This document shows, in pieces, positions 32,866 to 54,867 of a DNA stretch of 64,000 bases. The position numbers and the translations under genes are program-made. Within the stretch, counting starts at the first letter, position 1; each line of letters begins with the position of its first letter. The notes beneath the pieces were generated by a model. It was given only the letters and a program-made list of their open reading frames with translations. It had not been told where the DNA came from and made no database searches. The stretch lies in assembly GCF_009914755.1 (NCBI RefSeq), contig NC_060939.1; one strand, 5' to 3'. Origin of the DNA: the human T2T-CHM13v2.0 reference genome, Homo sapiens.

Positions 32866-33436
32866 GTGAGTCTAGTCTCTTCTTTTGGCTGGGGTCCTGG
32901 GACAGCACTTCTTTCCCTGGGTGTCTGGATCCCCGCCCTAAGCCTCTTGCCACTCTGGGGATCAGCGCTTTGCCAGCTTTCCTGGGGTCCAGGAGTTGGG
33001 GAGAGGCCGGTTCTCGGCTCCGGTGTGGGGTTGACCGTGTGGGAGCTTGCTTGTCTCAGGAGAAAACGTGTACGTCATCAAACGAGATGGAAGGTGGCAA
33101 GTGTTCCAAGAGGCGATTTATTCTTTCTGCTGATGGACACACTTGCCATAAGTAGAGGCACCACCCGGGATACGGAAAACTAGGTGTTGGCATCCTTCCC
33201 CTGTTTAAAGCCTTGTTGACTCCTAAGAATGAAATGTGGTGTTAGTCTGTTAATCTCTATTATTCGAGGTAGTTGCCACATCAGCTACAATTGTAATGAT
33301 AGCAGATTGGTGTGTTGCATTTTGAAAACACCTTTATTTTTTCACTGTGCTCCAAGACTTCATTTTATTCTTATGGTGAAGTACTACTACCAAGGGGATT
33401 CCATCAAGTTCTGCATCCTATGTAAAAATCTAATCC

Positions 33437-33619
33437 ATAGTTCTCAAATTTAGCATGCATCAGAATCACCGGGGGATTGTCAAAACACAGATTGCTGGGC
33501 CCCACTTCCAGGGTTTCTGATTTAGTAGGTCTGAGATGGGGCCAATTAATTTGCCCTCCTGATAAATGCTAGGTGTAACGGATACGGCTGGTTGGGCATC
33601 ACACTTTGAGAACCGCTGT
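33437..33619. mobile_element. MER5A-like hAT DNA transposon
   Basis: gttctcaaa...cagaatcacc...cagattgctgggcccc...ttgagaaccgctg, resembles MER5A consensus and TIRs. Confidence 0.7.
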
Positions 33620-33860
33620 GTAATCTAGCCCATGATTTCCTAAATGTTATAATTTTTCATTGTTTATCTTCATTGCTTTTTTTCCTGCTTACAAAAGTAG
33701 TGACGCTTGTAAACGTTTTGAATAGAAAGAGCACTAGCTTTTAAAAAAAACTGGCATGTCTTGGACATCTTTCATTGTGACTCCTTATAGATCTATCTCA
33801 TTGTTTTTAGCTGCTATATAGTATTTCACTCTATGGCTGTTTCATCTTTATTTAAGATAA

Positions 33861-34634
<774 letters not shown>

Positions 34635-35217
34635 CATTTAAACCCTTTATACTTCACATAGAAAGTATAACACTGTTTTTTCCCCCACTACTGGGAATTT
34701 TCACACGGGACCTCAGATCAATACCTGCAAAGCTGAATTAATCTTTTCCTCCAACTGGACATTCTACTTCTGAATTCTGTCTCTGAAGCGTTCTAATTCC
34801 AAAACCCCCACCCCTGCCTTATCTAGTCGATCCTCTTATTCTTCCTCCATCCATGCTCTTTTCATTCAGGCCATTATCAGTTCTCTGAAGTGCTACAAGT
34901 TATTCACAGCTATTTTCCTGGACTCCAAGTTATTACCCTCCACATTACTGTCAGATCTTTCCCATTTAAAGTCATTTAGTGAGTTCCTCTTGGCTTTCAG
35001 GTTAAAGTTTAAGCCCTATAGCTAAATTTCTACTATAGCTTCCTATACTTGCCTCTCTCTGAGCACTTACCACCATGGAACTGTGGTTTACTTGTTGGAA
35101 TCCAGTCAGGACTGTGAACCAGGGACTATGCTTTTGTTTGATATTCTCAGCATCTAGCAGGAGTGACTGGCCTCTATTAAACATGCTGGAGACATTATTG
35201 CAAGACTGATTAAGTGC

Positions 35218-35498
<281 letters not shown>

Positions 35499-36315
35499 TC
35501 ACAATATGGCAAAAGTGAATCAGTCATAGGCCTAGCTCTTCTGTTTCTATTTCAGGAAGTCATATAGTATTAGATCAAATATAGATATAAATGGTTTCTT
35601 GAAACAGTTCTGTTGGGTTCCTTCAATGACTAAAGATTTCTTTTCAGTGTAGATCAGGCTGGTGTGTATTTTGGTATGTTAATGGATTACAGTTTAAGTG
35701 CTTTAGATTCACTATTTTAAAACTTTCTTGAATTAAAGGATAATAATTAAATGATATCCTGGAGTTTCATGCTTACATTTTGAAAAGGAAATGGTCAACA
35801 TAATCAAATTTACTGACTTTGAGTAACAAGTTATAAAAATGGAGGACAGATGCTTCCATTTTAGCCATAGAAATCTAAGGCCTAGGACCCTTAAGTAACT
35901 TCTCTGTGGTTACCCACTGATTCAGTAACAGATCAGAATCCAATCATTTTTACTTTGAAAGGTCATGTGGCAAGTTACATTTTAATTTTAACTGGTGATG
36001 TGTTTGAAAAGACACACAGTAGAAGCAGGCAACCCAATTTCCTGCTGCCTCTGAGAATCAGTTGTACCCAATTGAGGGCAACAGTCTATTAATCTCTGTC
36101 ACAGTTTTCTTTTTTGGTTCTCTTTTCTTCTTAACCTAATGCTTCTTTTCTGCTTTTTTTCTCTCTCTGCAACTACATCTTAGGGCTGCTGTAAGTACTT
36201 GCTTTTTGCCTTTCCTATAGGTGTCCTGCAGAGATAAAGTGATGACTGACTCCTGAGTGTGAATAACGGGAGAGATAATGTAGTTCTGTTTTTCACATGT
36301 GGTTCTGCGTTTCAG

Positions 36316-36714
<399 letters not shown>

Positions 36715-37294
36715 GAACTTCTGATAAATTATTTAGTCACCACCTATAATCAAGATATAGAATATTTCTATCCTCTCCAAAAATGTTCTTATGTCCCTCT
36801 ACAGTGAGCCCTTTGCCCTCCCTTAGTTCCTGGCAAACATTAATCTATTTTTTGTCTCTGTAGTTTTACCTTTTCCAGAATATCCTATAAATAAAATCAT
36901 ACAGCCTTTTGGTTCTGGCTTCTTTCAATTAGTATAATGCATTTAAGATTCATCTATGTTGTTGTGAGTATCAACAATTCATTCTATTTCTGAGTAGTAT
37001 TCCATTGTATGGATGTACCATAGTTTGGTTATCCATTCACCAGTTGAAGAACATTGGGTTTTTTCCAGTTTTTTATGATTATGAGAGCTGCTATAAACAT
37101 TCATATATTTATTTAGTGTCTAATATGTGCTGAGTTGTTTCATAAGTAAACTCTCCATACTTGGGGAGATAAAACCTATGTCCATGAAATAATTAGCAAA
37201 CTAAAATAAAGTATACATTAACAGACAAGCTGGGGGTGGGGGGAATACTCATGAATGAGAAGCTGTAATATCTATAATTATGTGTGTGTGTGGC

Positions 37295-37297
<3 letters not shown>

Positions 37298-37336
<39 letters not shown>
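37298..37336. repeat. (TA)n microsatellite
   Basis: About 19 perfect TA units. Confidence 0.95.
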
Positions 37337-37337
<1 letters not shown>

Positions 37338-37361
37338 CTCTTAAAAATCAATGAGGAAGAT

Positions 37362-37868
<507 letters not shown>

Positions 37869-38054
37869 TCAATGAGAAAGACAAAAAAGTATAAAAGAAG
37901 AATAGGCAAAGGACACGAGTAAGTAATCAAGAAAGAAACATGCAAATAGAGTTACCTTTCACTGTCTGAATTCTCACTAGCCAAACTCAAGAATCAGATA
38001 TATCTGGGTAAACTCATTTATCCCTTCCTGCCTGAATTCTTGCTGCTTGATATC

Positions 38055-38505
38055 TGTATTAGTTTCCTAGAGCTGCTATAGCAAAATACTGCAAATTAGG
38101 CAGCTTCAAACACAAAAATTTATTCTCTCCCAGTTCTGGAGACTAAAATTCTGAAATTAAGGTGTCAGCAAGTGCATGCTCTTCCTGAATTCTCTAAGAA
38201 AGAATCTTTCCTTGCCTCTTTCTACCTTCTGATGGTTTCCAGCAATCTTTGGTATTGCTTGGCTTGTAAACACATCACTCAAATCTCTGCTTCTGTAGAC
38301 ACGTGGTATTCCCCCTGCGTGTCTATGCCTCTCTCTTTCCTTTTAAGTATACCAGTCATTGGATTTAGGGCTTGCCCTAATCCAAATTAATCCTCATCTT
38401 GATTACATTTGCCAAGATTTTATTTCCAAGTAAAGTCACATTTATAGGAACTGGAGGTTAGACCTTCAAGATACCATTTTTGGGGATACACTTCAACCCA
38501 CAACA
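38055..38505 (-). mobile_element. MaLR solo LTR (MLT1-like)
   Basis: TG...CA termini; tgtattagtttcctagagctgct start and cacttcaacccacaaca end resemble MLT1. Confidence 0.75.
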
Positions 38506-38670
38506 GTACCTGAAACTCCTCAAGAACCTAGTAGATTAGAATAACACAGTATCCTTGGCTCTCTGTGCTTGGTTTCTTCATGCTTTAATATCCAAACTAA
38601 GAAACCAAATGGATTCAAATAATAAGAATATTTATGATTAATAAGCATATTAGAAACTGCTGTTTACCTT

Positions 38671-41337
<2,667 letters not shown>

Positions 41338-41454
41338 GAGACTCTGTCTCTTAAGGAAATTTTCCATTGACTTGCATAGAACTGGTCTTTATGTGTTTAG
41401 ATAGTAGAAATATATAAGTGTATGTATAATGTTGCTTGATACCTGTTTTAACAG

Positions 41455-41550
41455 GCTGATGTCCAAGTGCAGTTGATCAGCAAAGGCCAACCAAACCCTT
41501 TGAAAAATATTCTAAATGAAAATGACATAGTATTCATAGTGGAAAAAGTG
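41455..41550 (+). CDS. ZWILCH: ZWILCH exon 3
   Basis: aacag|GCT...GTG|gtaagt; 96 nt; [32 protein letters not shown]. Confidence 0.96.
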
Positions 41551-41749
41551 GTAAGTACTGGTTTGACTTTGTGGTTGTTTAATTCTCCATAACCAAATTT
41601 GGTTTCTTGGGAATAATCTAACGTACACGTTTTAAAATCAGCATCAGTGAAAATGAGTTCTCATTCTTTTAGGAGTAAGTGTAGTGCTGTCCAGTACAAA
41701 TAAATATGAACCACATATGCAATTTAACATTTTCTTGTAGCCTCATTAA

Positions 41750-42766
<1,017 letters not shown>

Positions 42767-42993
42767 TAAGGTCAATATCTTTTTATAGGACAGTTGAAAT
42801 GCTCCTGATGGCAAGATTTTTTGGTACCAAGCTAGTTTGTGGCTATTCTTGCCAAAACCCAATCATTTGTGCTTAAGGGTATAAAAATAAGTACATTATG
42901 TTCTACTTGTCATTATTCTGTAGCATAGTAAAGAGTCAGCTGCTATCCTATATGCTCTTTTGTCTGGTTAAATAATTAAGAACATTTTTAAAG

Positions 42994-43112
42994 CCTTTAG
43001 AAAAGGAAGAAACAAGTCATATTGAAGAACTTCAATCTGAAGAAACTGCCATATCTGATTTCTCTACTGGCGAAAATGTTGGACCACTTGCTTTACCAGT
43101 TGGGAAGGCAAG
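42994..43112 (+). CDS. ZWILCH: ZWILCH exon 4
   Basis: taaag|CCT...AG|gtaggt; 119 nt; [40 protein letters not shown]. Confidence 0.95.
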
Positions 43113-43525
43113 GTAGGTTTTCTCTTATGCTGAGTAGGGGTGGCAACTAGGATTTAAATTGAAACATTCTTATAAACGTTGGGAAAAATAGGCCTCTAGC
43201 CCTTATATCTTCCTTCATCTCCCCCACCCCCTGATAAGTATACCCAACTAAGGATAGTTCTACTTGAATATTTGATAGGTATCCCAAATGTGACCAAGAA
43301 TACTGCACTTATCTTCCCTTTCTCTACACCTCTATACCAATTTATTGTTGTTTCTCAATTGTTTTCCTTATGTGTAATCTGGTTCCCCTCCAGTCTTTCT
43401 TCCTCAAATGAAAGCCTGACCAAGCTTCTTTCCTGCTTAAAATCCTTTAGAGGTTCTTCATTGGCTTCATGATAAAACCCAAATTCCTTAAGAATGACAC
43501 ACAGGAACTTTCATTGTCTAGCCCC

Positions 43526-43731
43526 ACTGGTCCTCCACCAGGGGTGGTACCATACCCAGAGGGAATTGGAAATATAGGGGAGTATTTTGGTTTGTCACAG
43601 TGACTGAGAGGAGCTACTGGCATTTAGTGCACCTGCGCCGTGGATGGTAAACATCCTGCAATGCATGGGACTCTCCTGCACAATGAGCAGTTATCTCACC
43701 CCAGGTGCCAGTAGTGCCCCTGTTAGAAACT
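43526..43731 (+). mobile_element. MER20-like DNA transposon
   Basis: tttggtttgtcaca...gctactggcatttagtg...aaacatcctgcaatgca...tagtgcc resembles MER20. Confidence 0.7.
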
Positions 43732-43992
43732 TGAGAGCCTCTGGCTACCTCTCCAGCTTCACTTCCTGCCTCCCCACTGTGTAGCTATGTACAGTTCCCT
43801 CTGTCCAGCCTCCTCCTGCCTCCAAAACCAAAAAGTCCTTGTCTTCAGGGTGTCCTGGCGAATATAGTCATGCAAATACTAACAGAATGGTATGAGAATG
43901 ATAACTACTGTAATAACGTTCACAAAATTATATCTTCATGCTGGTTTTTACTTGCTCTATAGAAGTTTTTTTTTTCTTTTTTTTTTCTTTGA

Positions 43993-44178
<186 letters not shown>

Positions 44179-44867
44179 TAGCCAGGCTGGTCTTGAACTC
44201 TCACCTCAGGTGATCCACCTGCCTTAGCCTCCCAATGTGCTGGGATTACAGGCATGAGCCACTGCGCCCAGCCTAGAAGTTTTAAAAGTTTAATCAGCCT
44301 CTTCCTTCATAGGTACTTGATTTTAGTCATATTTGGCCTGTTTTCTCCCTACGACTTAAATGTTAAATATTTGTATTATTTTCTCCAGCCAGTGTTTGTG
44401 TGGGTTGATTCATGCGCTTATTTCTTTGCTCTCCATTTCTTCTTGCATTTTCCTTCTGGGGTTATTTTACCTCTTTTTGGAAGTAAAATCCCCTAGAAAT
44501 TTTTTTCCTGGACATCTGTTGGTAATCAATTTAGTTTTCATGTCTTTGAAAAATAAAAACATAAGCCACATTTTTTGGTGACTTTCAATTTTGATACACT
44601 TTCAAATTTATGGGAAAGTTACAAGAATAGTGCATGAACTTCTGTATATCCTTAATCCAGATTCACCAATTGCTTAGATTTTACAGCATTTGCTTCTTTT
44701 TCTTCTCCTTCTTCCCCTTTTCCTTTCTCTCTCTTGTGTCTCTTTCTAGATAGATATATGCAAAGCAGTGTATTGCTATGTATGTATTCATATATAGTTA
44801 TATATGTATATTGTTACAACTATATATCATAACAATATGTTTATAACTATTGTTATACCTATAGATT

Positions 44868-44876
44868 TTGTGTTTG

Positions 44877-44938
<62 letters not shown>
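44868..44938. repeat. (TG)n(TA)n compound microsatellite
   Basis: Direct reading. Confidence 0.92.
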
Positions 44939-46002
44939 GTAATGTACACACATACACCATTTTAAAAATGAAGTATTGACAATGTAGTGAAGATCTGGTA
45001 CTCTTTTACCCCTAAATGCTCCACTTTGTATTTTCTATGAACAAATACATTCTCTTACATAACCATGGAACAATGATGAGAATCTGGAAATCTAACATTA
45101 TTACAATACCATTACCTAATCAGAGCCCATATTCAAATTTTGTTAACTGTCTCACTAATGACAGCATCATTTTGTGTTTATTGGGTCCTACTTCTTTCTT
45201 TTCTTTCCTTTTTTTTTTTTTTTTTTTTTTTTTGAGACAGAGTCTCACTCTGTCGCCCAGGCTGGAGTGCAATGGCGTGATCTCGGCTCACAGCAACCTT
45301 TGCCTCCTGGGTTCAAGCGATTCTCCTGCCTCAGCCTCCTGAGTAGCTGGGATTACAAGCACAAGTCACCACACCCGGCTAATTTTTGTATTTTTAGTAG
45401 AGACGGGGTTTCACCATGTTGGTCAGGCTGGTCTCGAACTCCTGACCTCGTGATCTGCCCACCTCGGCCTCCCAAAGTGCTGGGATTACAAGCTTGAGCC
45501 ACCGCGCCCGGCCTGGCTCCTACTTATTTCTTTAGATTAATCTCACATCCTACCTCTTCAACTTCTACTGAACTTCCACTCCTGCTGAACCCCCAATCCT
45601 TGCCATATTGAAGCTCCCTGCTCATAGTAGCTCCAATCCTGTCATACTCTGTCACTTTCTGGTGCGTGCATTTTGATCTGCCTGGTGAATCTATTAATGG
45701 ATAAAGTATACATATACATACATGTTGCTATTTAAGTTTTAGGTTGTTGTTTCTGTGAGACCTCTCGTGTCTTTTTTTTTTTTTTTTTTTGAGACAGAGT
45801 CTCACCCTGTTGCCCAAGCTAGAGTGCAGTGGTGCGATCTGGGCTCACTGCAAGCTCTGCCTCCCGGGTTCACACCATTCTCATCCTCCCAGTAACTGGG
45901 ACTACAGGAGCCCGCCACTACACCAGGCTAATTTTTTGTATTTTTAGTAGAGATGGGGTTTCACCGTGTTAGCCAGGATGGAAGACCCCTCATATCTTTT
46001 TA

Positions 46003-46332
<330 letters not shown>

Positions 46333-46362
46333 CTATAATTTGTCCTTACTCTTGTTTTAAAG

Positions 46363-46562
46363 GCAGTTAATTGGACTTTACACCATGGCTCACAATCCTA
46401 ATATGACCCATTTGAAGATTAATCTGCCAGTTACTGCCCTTCCTCCCCTTTGGGTAAGATGTGACAGTTCAGATCCTGAAGGTACTTGTTGGCTAGGAGC
46501 TGAGCTTATCACAACAAACAACAGCATTACAGGAATTGTCTTATATGTGGTCAGTTGTAAAG
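46363..46562 (+). CDS. ZWILCH: ZWILCH exon 5
   Basis: taaag|G CAG...AAA G|gtgagt; 200 nt; [14 protein letters not shown]...VVSCK. Confidence 0.96.
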
Positions 46563-47616
46563 GTGAGTGCTCTCTCTAGAGAGTGTGTGTGTGTATTTAT
46601 TCATTTGTATAGTTATTGTTTCATGTTTTTTTACGAAAATTGATATTGTTATGATGAAAGTGCACAAGGTAGAACTTGCATTAATCACCATAAATCTACT
46701 CTGGTGTGTAACTTGCAGCATGTGGGAGGTATTCCAGAAACACCAGAAACAGATCTCCAAAAGTCTGGACAGGAGGTTTACACTTCTTTGATTTGGGTTT
46801 CATTTTATTTCTATGTGTATATTATTGAAAAATTTCATTGGAAGATACAAACTGACAATATGTTTCCAATCGTAGACATTTAATTGTATTTTTGGTAGTA
46901 GTATTGACCTTCATTCCACTTTATTTTTTATTTGTGTTTATTTACTTATTTATTTTGAGACGGAGTCTTGCTCTGTCGCCCAGGTGGGAGTGCAGTGGCG
47001 CGATCTCGGCTCACTGCAACCTCCGCCTCCTGGGTTCAAGCAGTTCTCTGCCTCAGCTTCCGGAGTAGCTGGGATTACAGGCACCTGCCACCACGCCCGG
47101 CTAATTTTTTTGTATTTTTAATAGAGACGGGGTTACACCATATTGGTCAGGCTGGTCTTTAGTAGAGACGGGGGTTCACCATATTGGTCAGGCTCCTGAT
47201 CTCAAGATCCACCCCCCTCGGCCTCCCGAAGTGCTGGGATTACAGGCATGAGCCACCGTGCCCAACTTCCACTTTATTTTTTATTTACTTATTTTTTTAG
47301 AGACAGAGCCTCACTCTGTAGCCCAGGTTAGGGTACCGTAGTGCATTCATAGGTCACTGCAACCTCAAACTCCTGGGCTCAAGTGATCCTCCCACCATAA
47401 CCTCCTGAATAGCTGGGACTACAGGAGAGCACAACCATGGCCAGCTAATTTTATTTTTATTTTTAATTTGTTTTTAAGAGACAGGGTCCCACTGTATTGC
47501 CCAGGCTGGTCTCAAACTCAGCCTGAAGCAGTCCTCCCACCTCAGCCTCCTGAGTAGCTGGCATTACAGGCAAGTGCTGCTGCGCCTGGCTGTTACACTT
47601 AAATTCTTATTTTTAG

Positions 47617-48027
<411 letters not shown>

Positions 48028-48073
48028 TAATTTTGAGTTGTGCCTTTACATTTCTTTCTTTCATTTCCTATAG

Positions 48074-48144
48074 CTGATAAAAATTATTCTGTAAATCTTG
48101 AAAACCTAAAAAATTTACACAAGAAAAGACATCACTTGTCTACT
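48074..48144 (+). CDS. ZWILCH: ZWILCH exon 6
   Basis: tatag|CT...ACT|gtaagt; 71 nt; [24 protein letters not shown]. Confidence 0.96.
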
Positions 48145-48533
48145 GTAAGTGTTTTGCTTCTACTCATATTATTTTCTTCAAATTGTTGTCAACCTGCCTT
48201 CCTAGTTTACAGGTTTTTTTTCACTCCTAAGATGACTAGATATTTTTCTGTAGTATGAAAATGTTTATGTTTATTTTCATATCAGCTAATGACCAAAATT
48301 AAAATGCCTTCATGCCTTTTAGCCAATCTTTGTGGTTTCAAAGAATTGTCTTACTTTTCTATTTGGGATATATGGAAAGTATATATCCCAAAAATATATG
48401 GAAAGTATATATCCCAAAAGTATGGCGTGTGTGCTCTTTTTTCTTTTGGGACAAGGATCAAAATAATTTGGGTAATGGACTCTTGGCCATGTGGAAGCAC
48501 AGCTAAATGATCTGCTGGGTACACTCTTTTCAG

Positions 48534-48689
48534 GTAACATCCAAAGGCTTTGCCCAGTATGAGCTCTTTAAGTCCTCTGCCTTGGATGATACAATCACAG
48601 CATCACAAACTGCGATCGCTTTGGATATTTCCTGGAGTCCTGTGGATGAGATTCTTCAAATCCCTCCACTCTCTTCAACTGCAACTCTG
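48534..48689 (+). CDS. ZWILCH: ZWILCH exon 7
   Basis: ttcag|GTA...CTG|gtaaga; 156 nt; [15 protein letters not shown]...LSSTATL. Confidence 0.96.
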
Positions 48690-48934
48690 GTAAGAGTGGG
48701 CCCTATTTCCTTTTCGGGTTCATGAGACTCCTAAATGTTGGCTTACTTGGTTGTTGCTGGTGCTCCATGCCTCTAGCCTTGGCACTTGCTGAGTGTGAGC
48801 TTGGACAACTCTGAAAGGCCCACCTTGCCACTAACGTCTCACCAGGGCAGCCAGTGAAGGTTTTGTCAGGTGATCTGATCTATCAGTTGCCCTCAGCCCT
48901 ATAATAATATAACTTAAGAATTTTCTAGTGATGA

Positions 48935-50604
<1,670 letters not shown>

Positions 50605-51160
50605 ACATGGATAATTATATTCTTTATACTTTTCCTGTAATGGGAATTTACATACATTGGCATATACGTTTTTCTTTTTTTATGTTTGCAATCTAAGGTT
50701 TGTAAGACATTGACCTCTGGCTAGGACAGCACACTGTTAGTTTAGTTAGAAGGAGTCTAATAAACAGATTTATTGGGAGACTTCATTTTGGTTTGTGATA
50801 ATGCTAAGTTATCACCGAATCTTGAGATATATTTATGTAAATTTCTCCTACCTTGTCCTCCTGGAAATTCCTTGGGAAAAGGCAGGGGAGTGTGTGAGGA
50901 GGGCAGTTGTTCCACATAGGTACAATTGTTTATGTCATAGAAAGAGGATAAGTGGTTTTAATTTAGATTATTGGGTCAAGATGGCAAAATCTCTGAGTAA
51001 GATGTTCTAAATGATGTGTTGACCTCATTTTTCAATTCATTGGTCCTTTATGAAATATATTTTTTAATGTGTGAAAGATAGTTTGAAATGCAAGTATAAC
51101 ACTTATGTAGAGAAGGTAGGATTAGCACTAGAAAACTGACAGACTTTGGAAACTTTTTAG

Positions 51161-51232
51161 AATATTAAAGTGGAATCAGGAGAGCCCAGAGGTCCTTTGA
51201 ATCATCTCTACAGAGAACTGAAATTTCTTCTT
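51161..51232 (+). CDS. ZWILCH: ZWILCH exon 8
   Basis: tttag|AAT...CTT|gtgagt; 72 nt; [24 protein letters not shown]. Confidence 0.96.
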
Positions 51233-53068
51233 GTGAGTATCCTTCTAGAATTCCTTTCCTTAAATCTATGTTTTTATAAACATGTGTGCTATTGTTGTTT
51301 TTACTTAGGTTTGTGTTACTCAAAACTTGTTCAGATGTTATGTATCCATTAGAAGCTCTGACAGTTTGGGCAGTTAAATTTTACTTCTGTGGTAGTTGTC
51401 CTTACAATTAACGGGAGCATTAGGTCGTTAATAGCTAGATTTCTCTCACCCTTTGTGTTGTTTTATTTTTTTAATTAATTTATTTATTTTTCCATTGTGT
51501 GTGGATATACCACATTTTGTTCATTCATCAGTCGATTGACATCTTAGTTGTTTCTACTTTGTGGCTATTATGAATAATGCCTCCATGAACATTTACATGC
51601 AAGTTTTTGTGTAGACATGTTTTCACATGTCTTGGGTGGAGTTACTAGATCATATGGTAACTGTATATTTACCTTTTGAGGAACTGCCAAAATATAACTG
51701 TTGTCCAAAGTAGTTATGTTATTTTATATTTCTTTCAGTAGTATATGAGGGTTCTGATTTCTTTACATCTTTGTGAACACTTGATATTGTCTGTTTTTTA
51801 ATTATAGCTATCCTAGTGGTAGTGAAGTGGTATCTCTTTGTAGTTTTGATTTCATGTGCTTATTGGCTCCTGCTTATTTCTTTAGCTTAATCTCACACTT
51901 TACTTCCATTCCCACTGAACCCCCAACCCTCATCATACCAAGCTCCTTGCTTGTAGCTCGGATCCTGTCATACTCTATCATCTTCTGGTGTGTGCATCTT
52001 GATCTACCTGGTATGCACTTCTCCCACCTCTTTGCTAGGTGAGCTCTCTGTGATGGTTGCATTGATCTCACAGAATGGCTTGTGTTGCTGTAGAACTCCA
52101 CACATACCTCTTGTCAGTGTGTTTATAAAACACAGTAATTTGTTTACTTATCTGTCTCCTCTACTAGATTTGAGTGCCTGGTTCCCTATTGTGCCCTTAC
52201 CATCTAGCATAGTACCAACTATTTTTGATACTTTTACTTCCTATGAGTAAGTATTATTTCTCTGTTTGTATAAAACTGATAGTTTTCCTACCTTTCTCAC
52301 CTTTCTTCTTTCTTGAAAGCCCCTCTTTTAGGACCCTTACTGCGGGCCTCCATCATACTTTTGCCCTCACATCTCTGCCCTTCTCTCTCTGCACCCCTGC
52401 AGAGCTGATCTATTCAGTGATTTGACTGACACCTTTGTGAGCAAGCTCCAAACCCTCATCTTTAAGCTGATAGCACTTCCCATCTTTCCAACTTCCACCA
52501 AATTATTTCCCACTTGGGTAGAGTGCTATTGCTTCAAGAGTCAGTATGTCAAAATGAAACTATCTTCTCCAGACTACATCCTCTTTGAAAACCCCCCATT
52601 TCTGTCTGTGGTCCCATCGTTCCTTCAATTTCCTACGCTAGAAATCTCATATTTCACTTTAGTAAGAACTGTTATTTCTATCACCACTACGTACTACTAT
52701 AGCTAGAAGCTGCCACTCTGCTGTGTGCCACCCATGGTGCTGGCTGGTTCAGTTATTTTGCCTGAAGGTGACAACAAACTGGTAAATGGAAGAGCTGGCA
52801 CAAGTTCATTTAAATGTGTGTTTGTCTAATTCAAGTCTCCCTTAAAAAGTCACAGAATCTTAGATATACATGTGGCCATAGTCTGTCTGTGTTCAACCCC
52901 CTATATTTTATAAATGGATAGGATTTTTTCTTTTATTCCACATATACCTTGCTACCCTTCCCCCCATACATATACAATTCTTTTCCTCCTTTGAAGTCTC
53001 TTTCACTGTGCTCATCTTAGTTAAAATCTTTACCATCTTCTTCTGGGACCATGCTAATGATGATTCAT

Positions 53069-53644
<576 letters not shown>

Positions 53645-53938
53645 TGATACTTCTGATAGAGAAATTCTTAACTAGATCATGTCATTTTCCTGCCAAAAAA
53701 ATCAACATTGGCTGTTTTCTGCCATATGAAGTTAAAAAACTTTTGAAGATCCCTTGATGGTTTAGCTACTATTTCTTCTAATCCTATTTCCCGCTGCTTC
53801 ATAGTCGCTTTTTCTACCCTGGTTGGGATCACACCACCCTCTTCATCTTATTTCATGCCGTTTTCCTGCCAGCCTATGGTTCCCACATTTGAGTTGCAAC
53901 TGAAGTTACAAGTTGTTTCACTGGCTTTTGCGGCCTAA

Positions 53939-54245
<307 letters not shown>

Positions 54246-54773
54246 CTTGACTGCTTTTTCTTAAGTCCATTGAGATATTGTATGTATGTGCATACATATT
54301 TATATTATTTTAATATAAACTTCCACTTTTTACATTTATTCATCCCCAGACTACTTCATTTGTCTTATCCGTCTATCTTTGCCAAAGTTGCAAGCATCTC
54401 CAGGGCAAACCCAGTATCCTCAGTCTTAAGTCCTCTGTAGCACCTATGCACGTGGCATCATTGTTCAGAGTACCATCTTTGGGATCAGACCACTGGGTAT
54501 ATATCCTGAGACTATCAGTTACTAATTGTGTGACCATGAGCAAGTTACTGAACCTCTCTTAGCCTCAATAAGATGAGAATAATAGTAATATCTACCATAG
54601 AGTTTTGTTAGGATTAAATAACATGTACTATACATAAAGCACCACAGCAGTACCTGGGATGTGATAAACACTCAAGAAATGTTACTGCAATTAATATTAT
54701 TATTACATACATCCTTATTGATTAAACAGTGTTTTCTGCTAACAAGTTTTTGGGGTTTTTAAATCTCCTGTAG

Positions 54774-54867
54774 GTTTTGGCTGATGGTTTGAGGACTGGT
54801 GTCACTGAATGGCTCGAGCCCCTGGAAGCAAAATCTGCTGTTGAACTTGTTCAGGAATTTCTGAATG
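54774..54867 (+). CDS. ZWILCH: ZWILCH exon 9
   Basis: tgtag|GTT...AAT G|gtgtat; 94 nt; [31 protein letters not shown]. Confidence 0.95.

Noticed and set aside
32803-33183. 126-aa ORF at the ZWILCH start
   Set aside because: TTG start, different frame from ZWILCH, runs into intron 1; expected in GC-rich sequence
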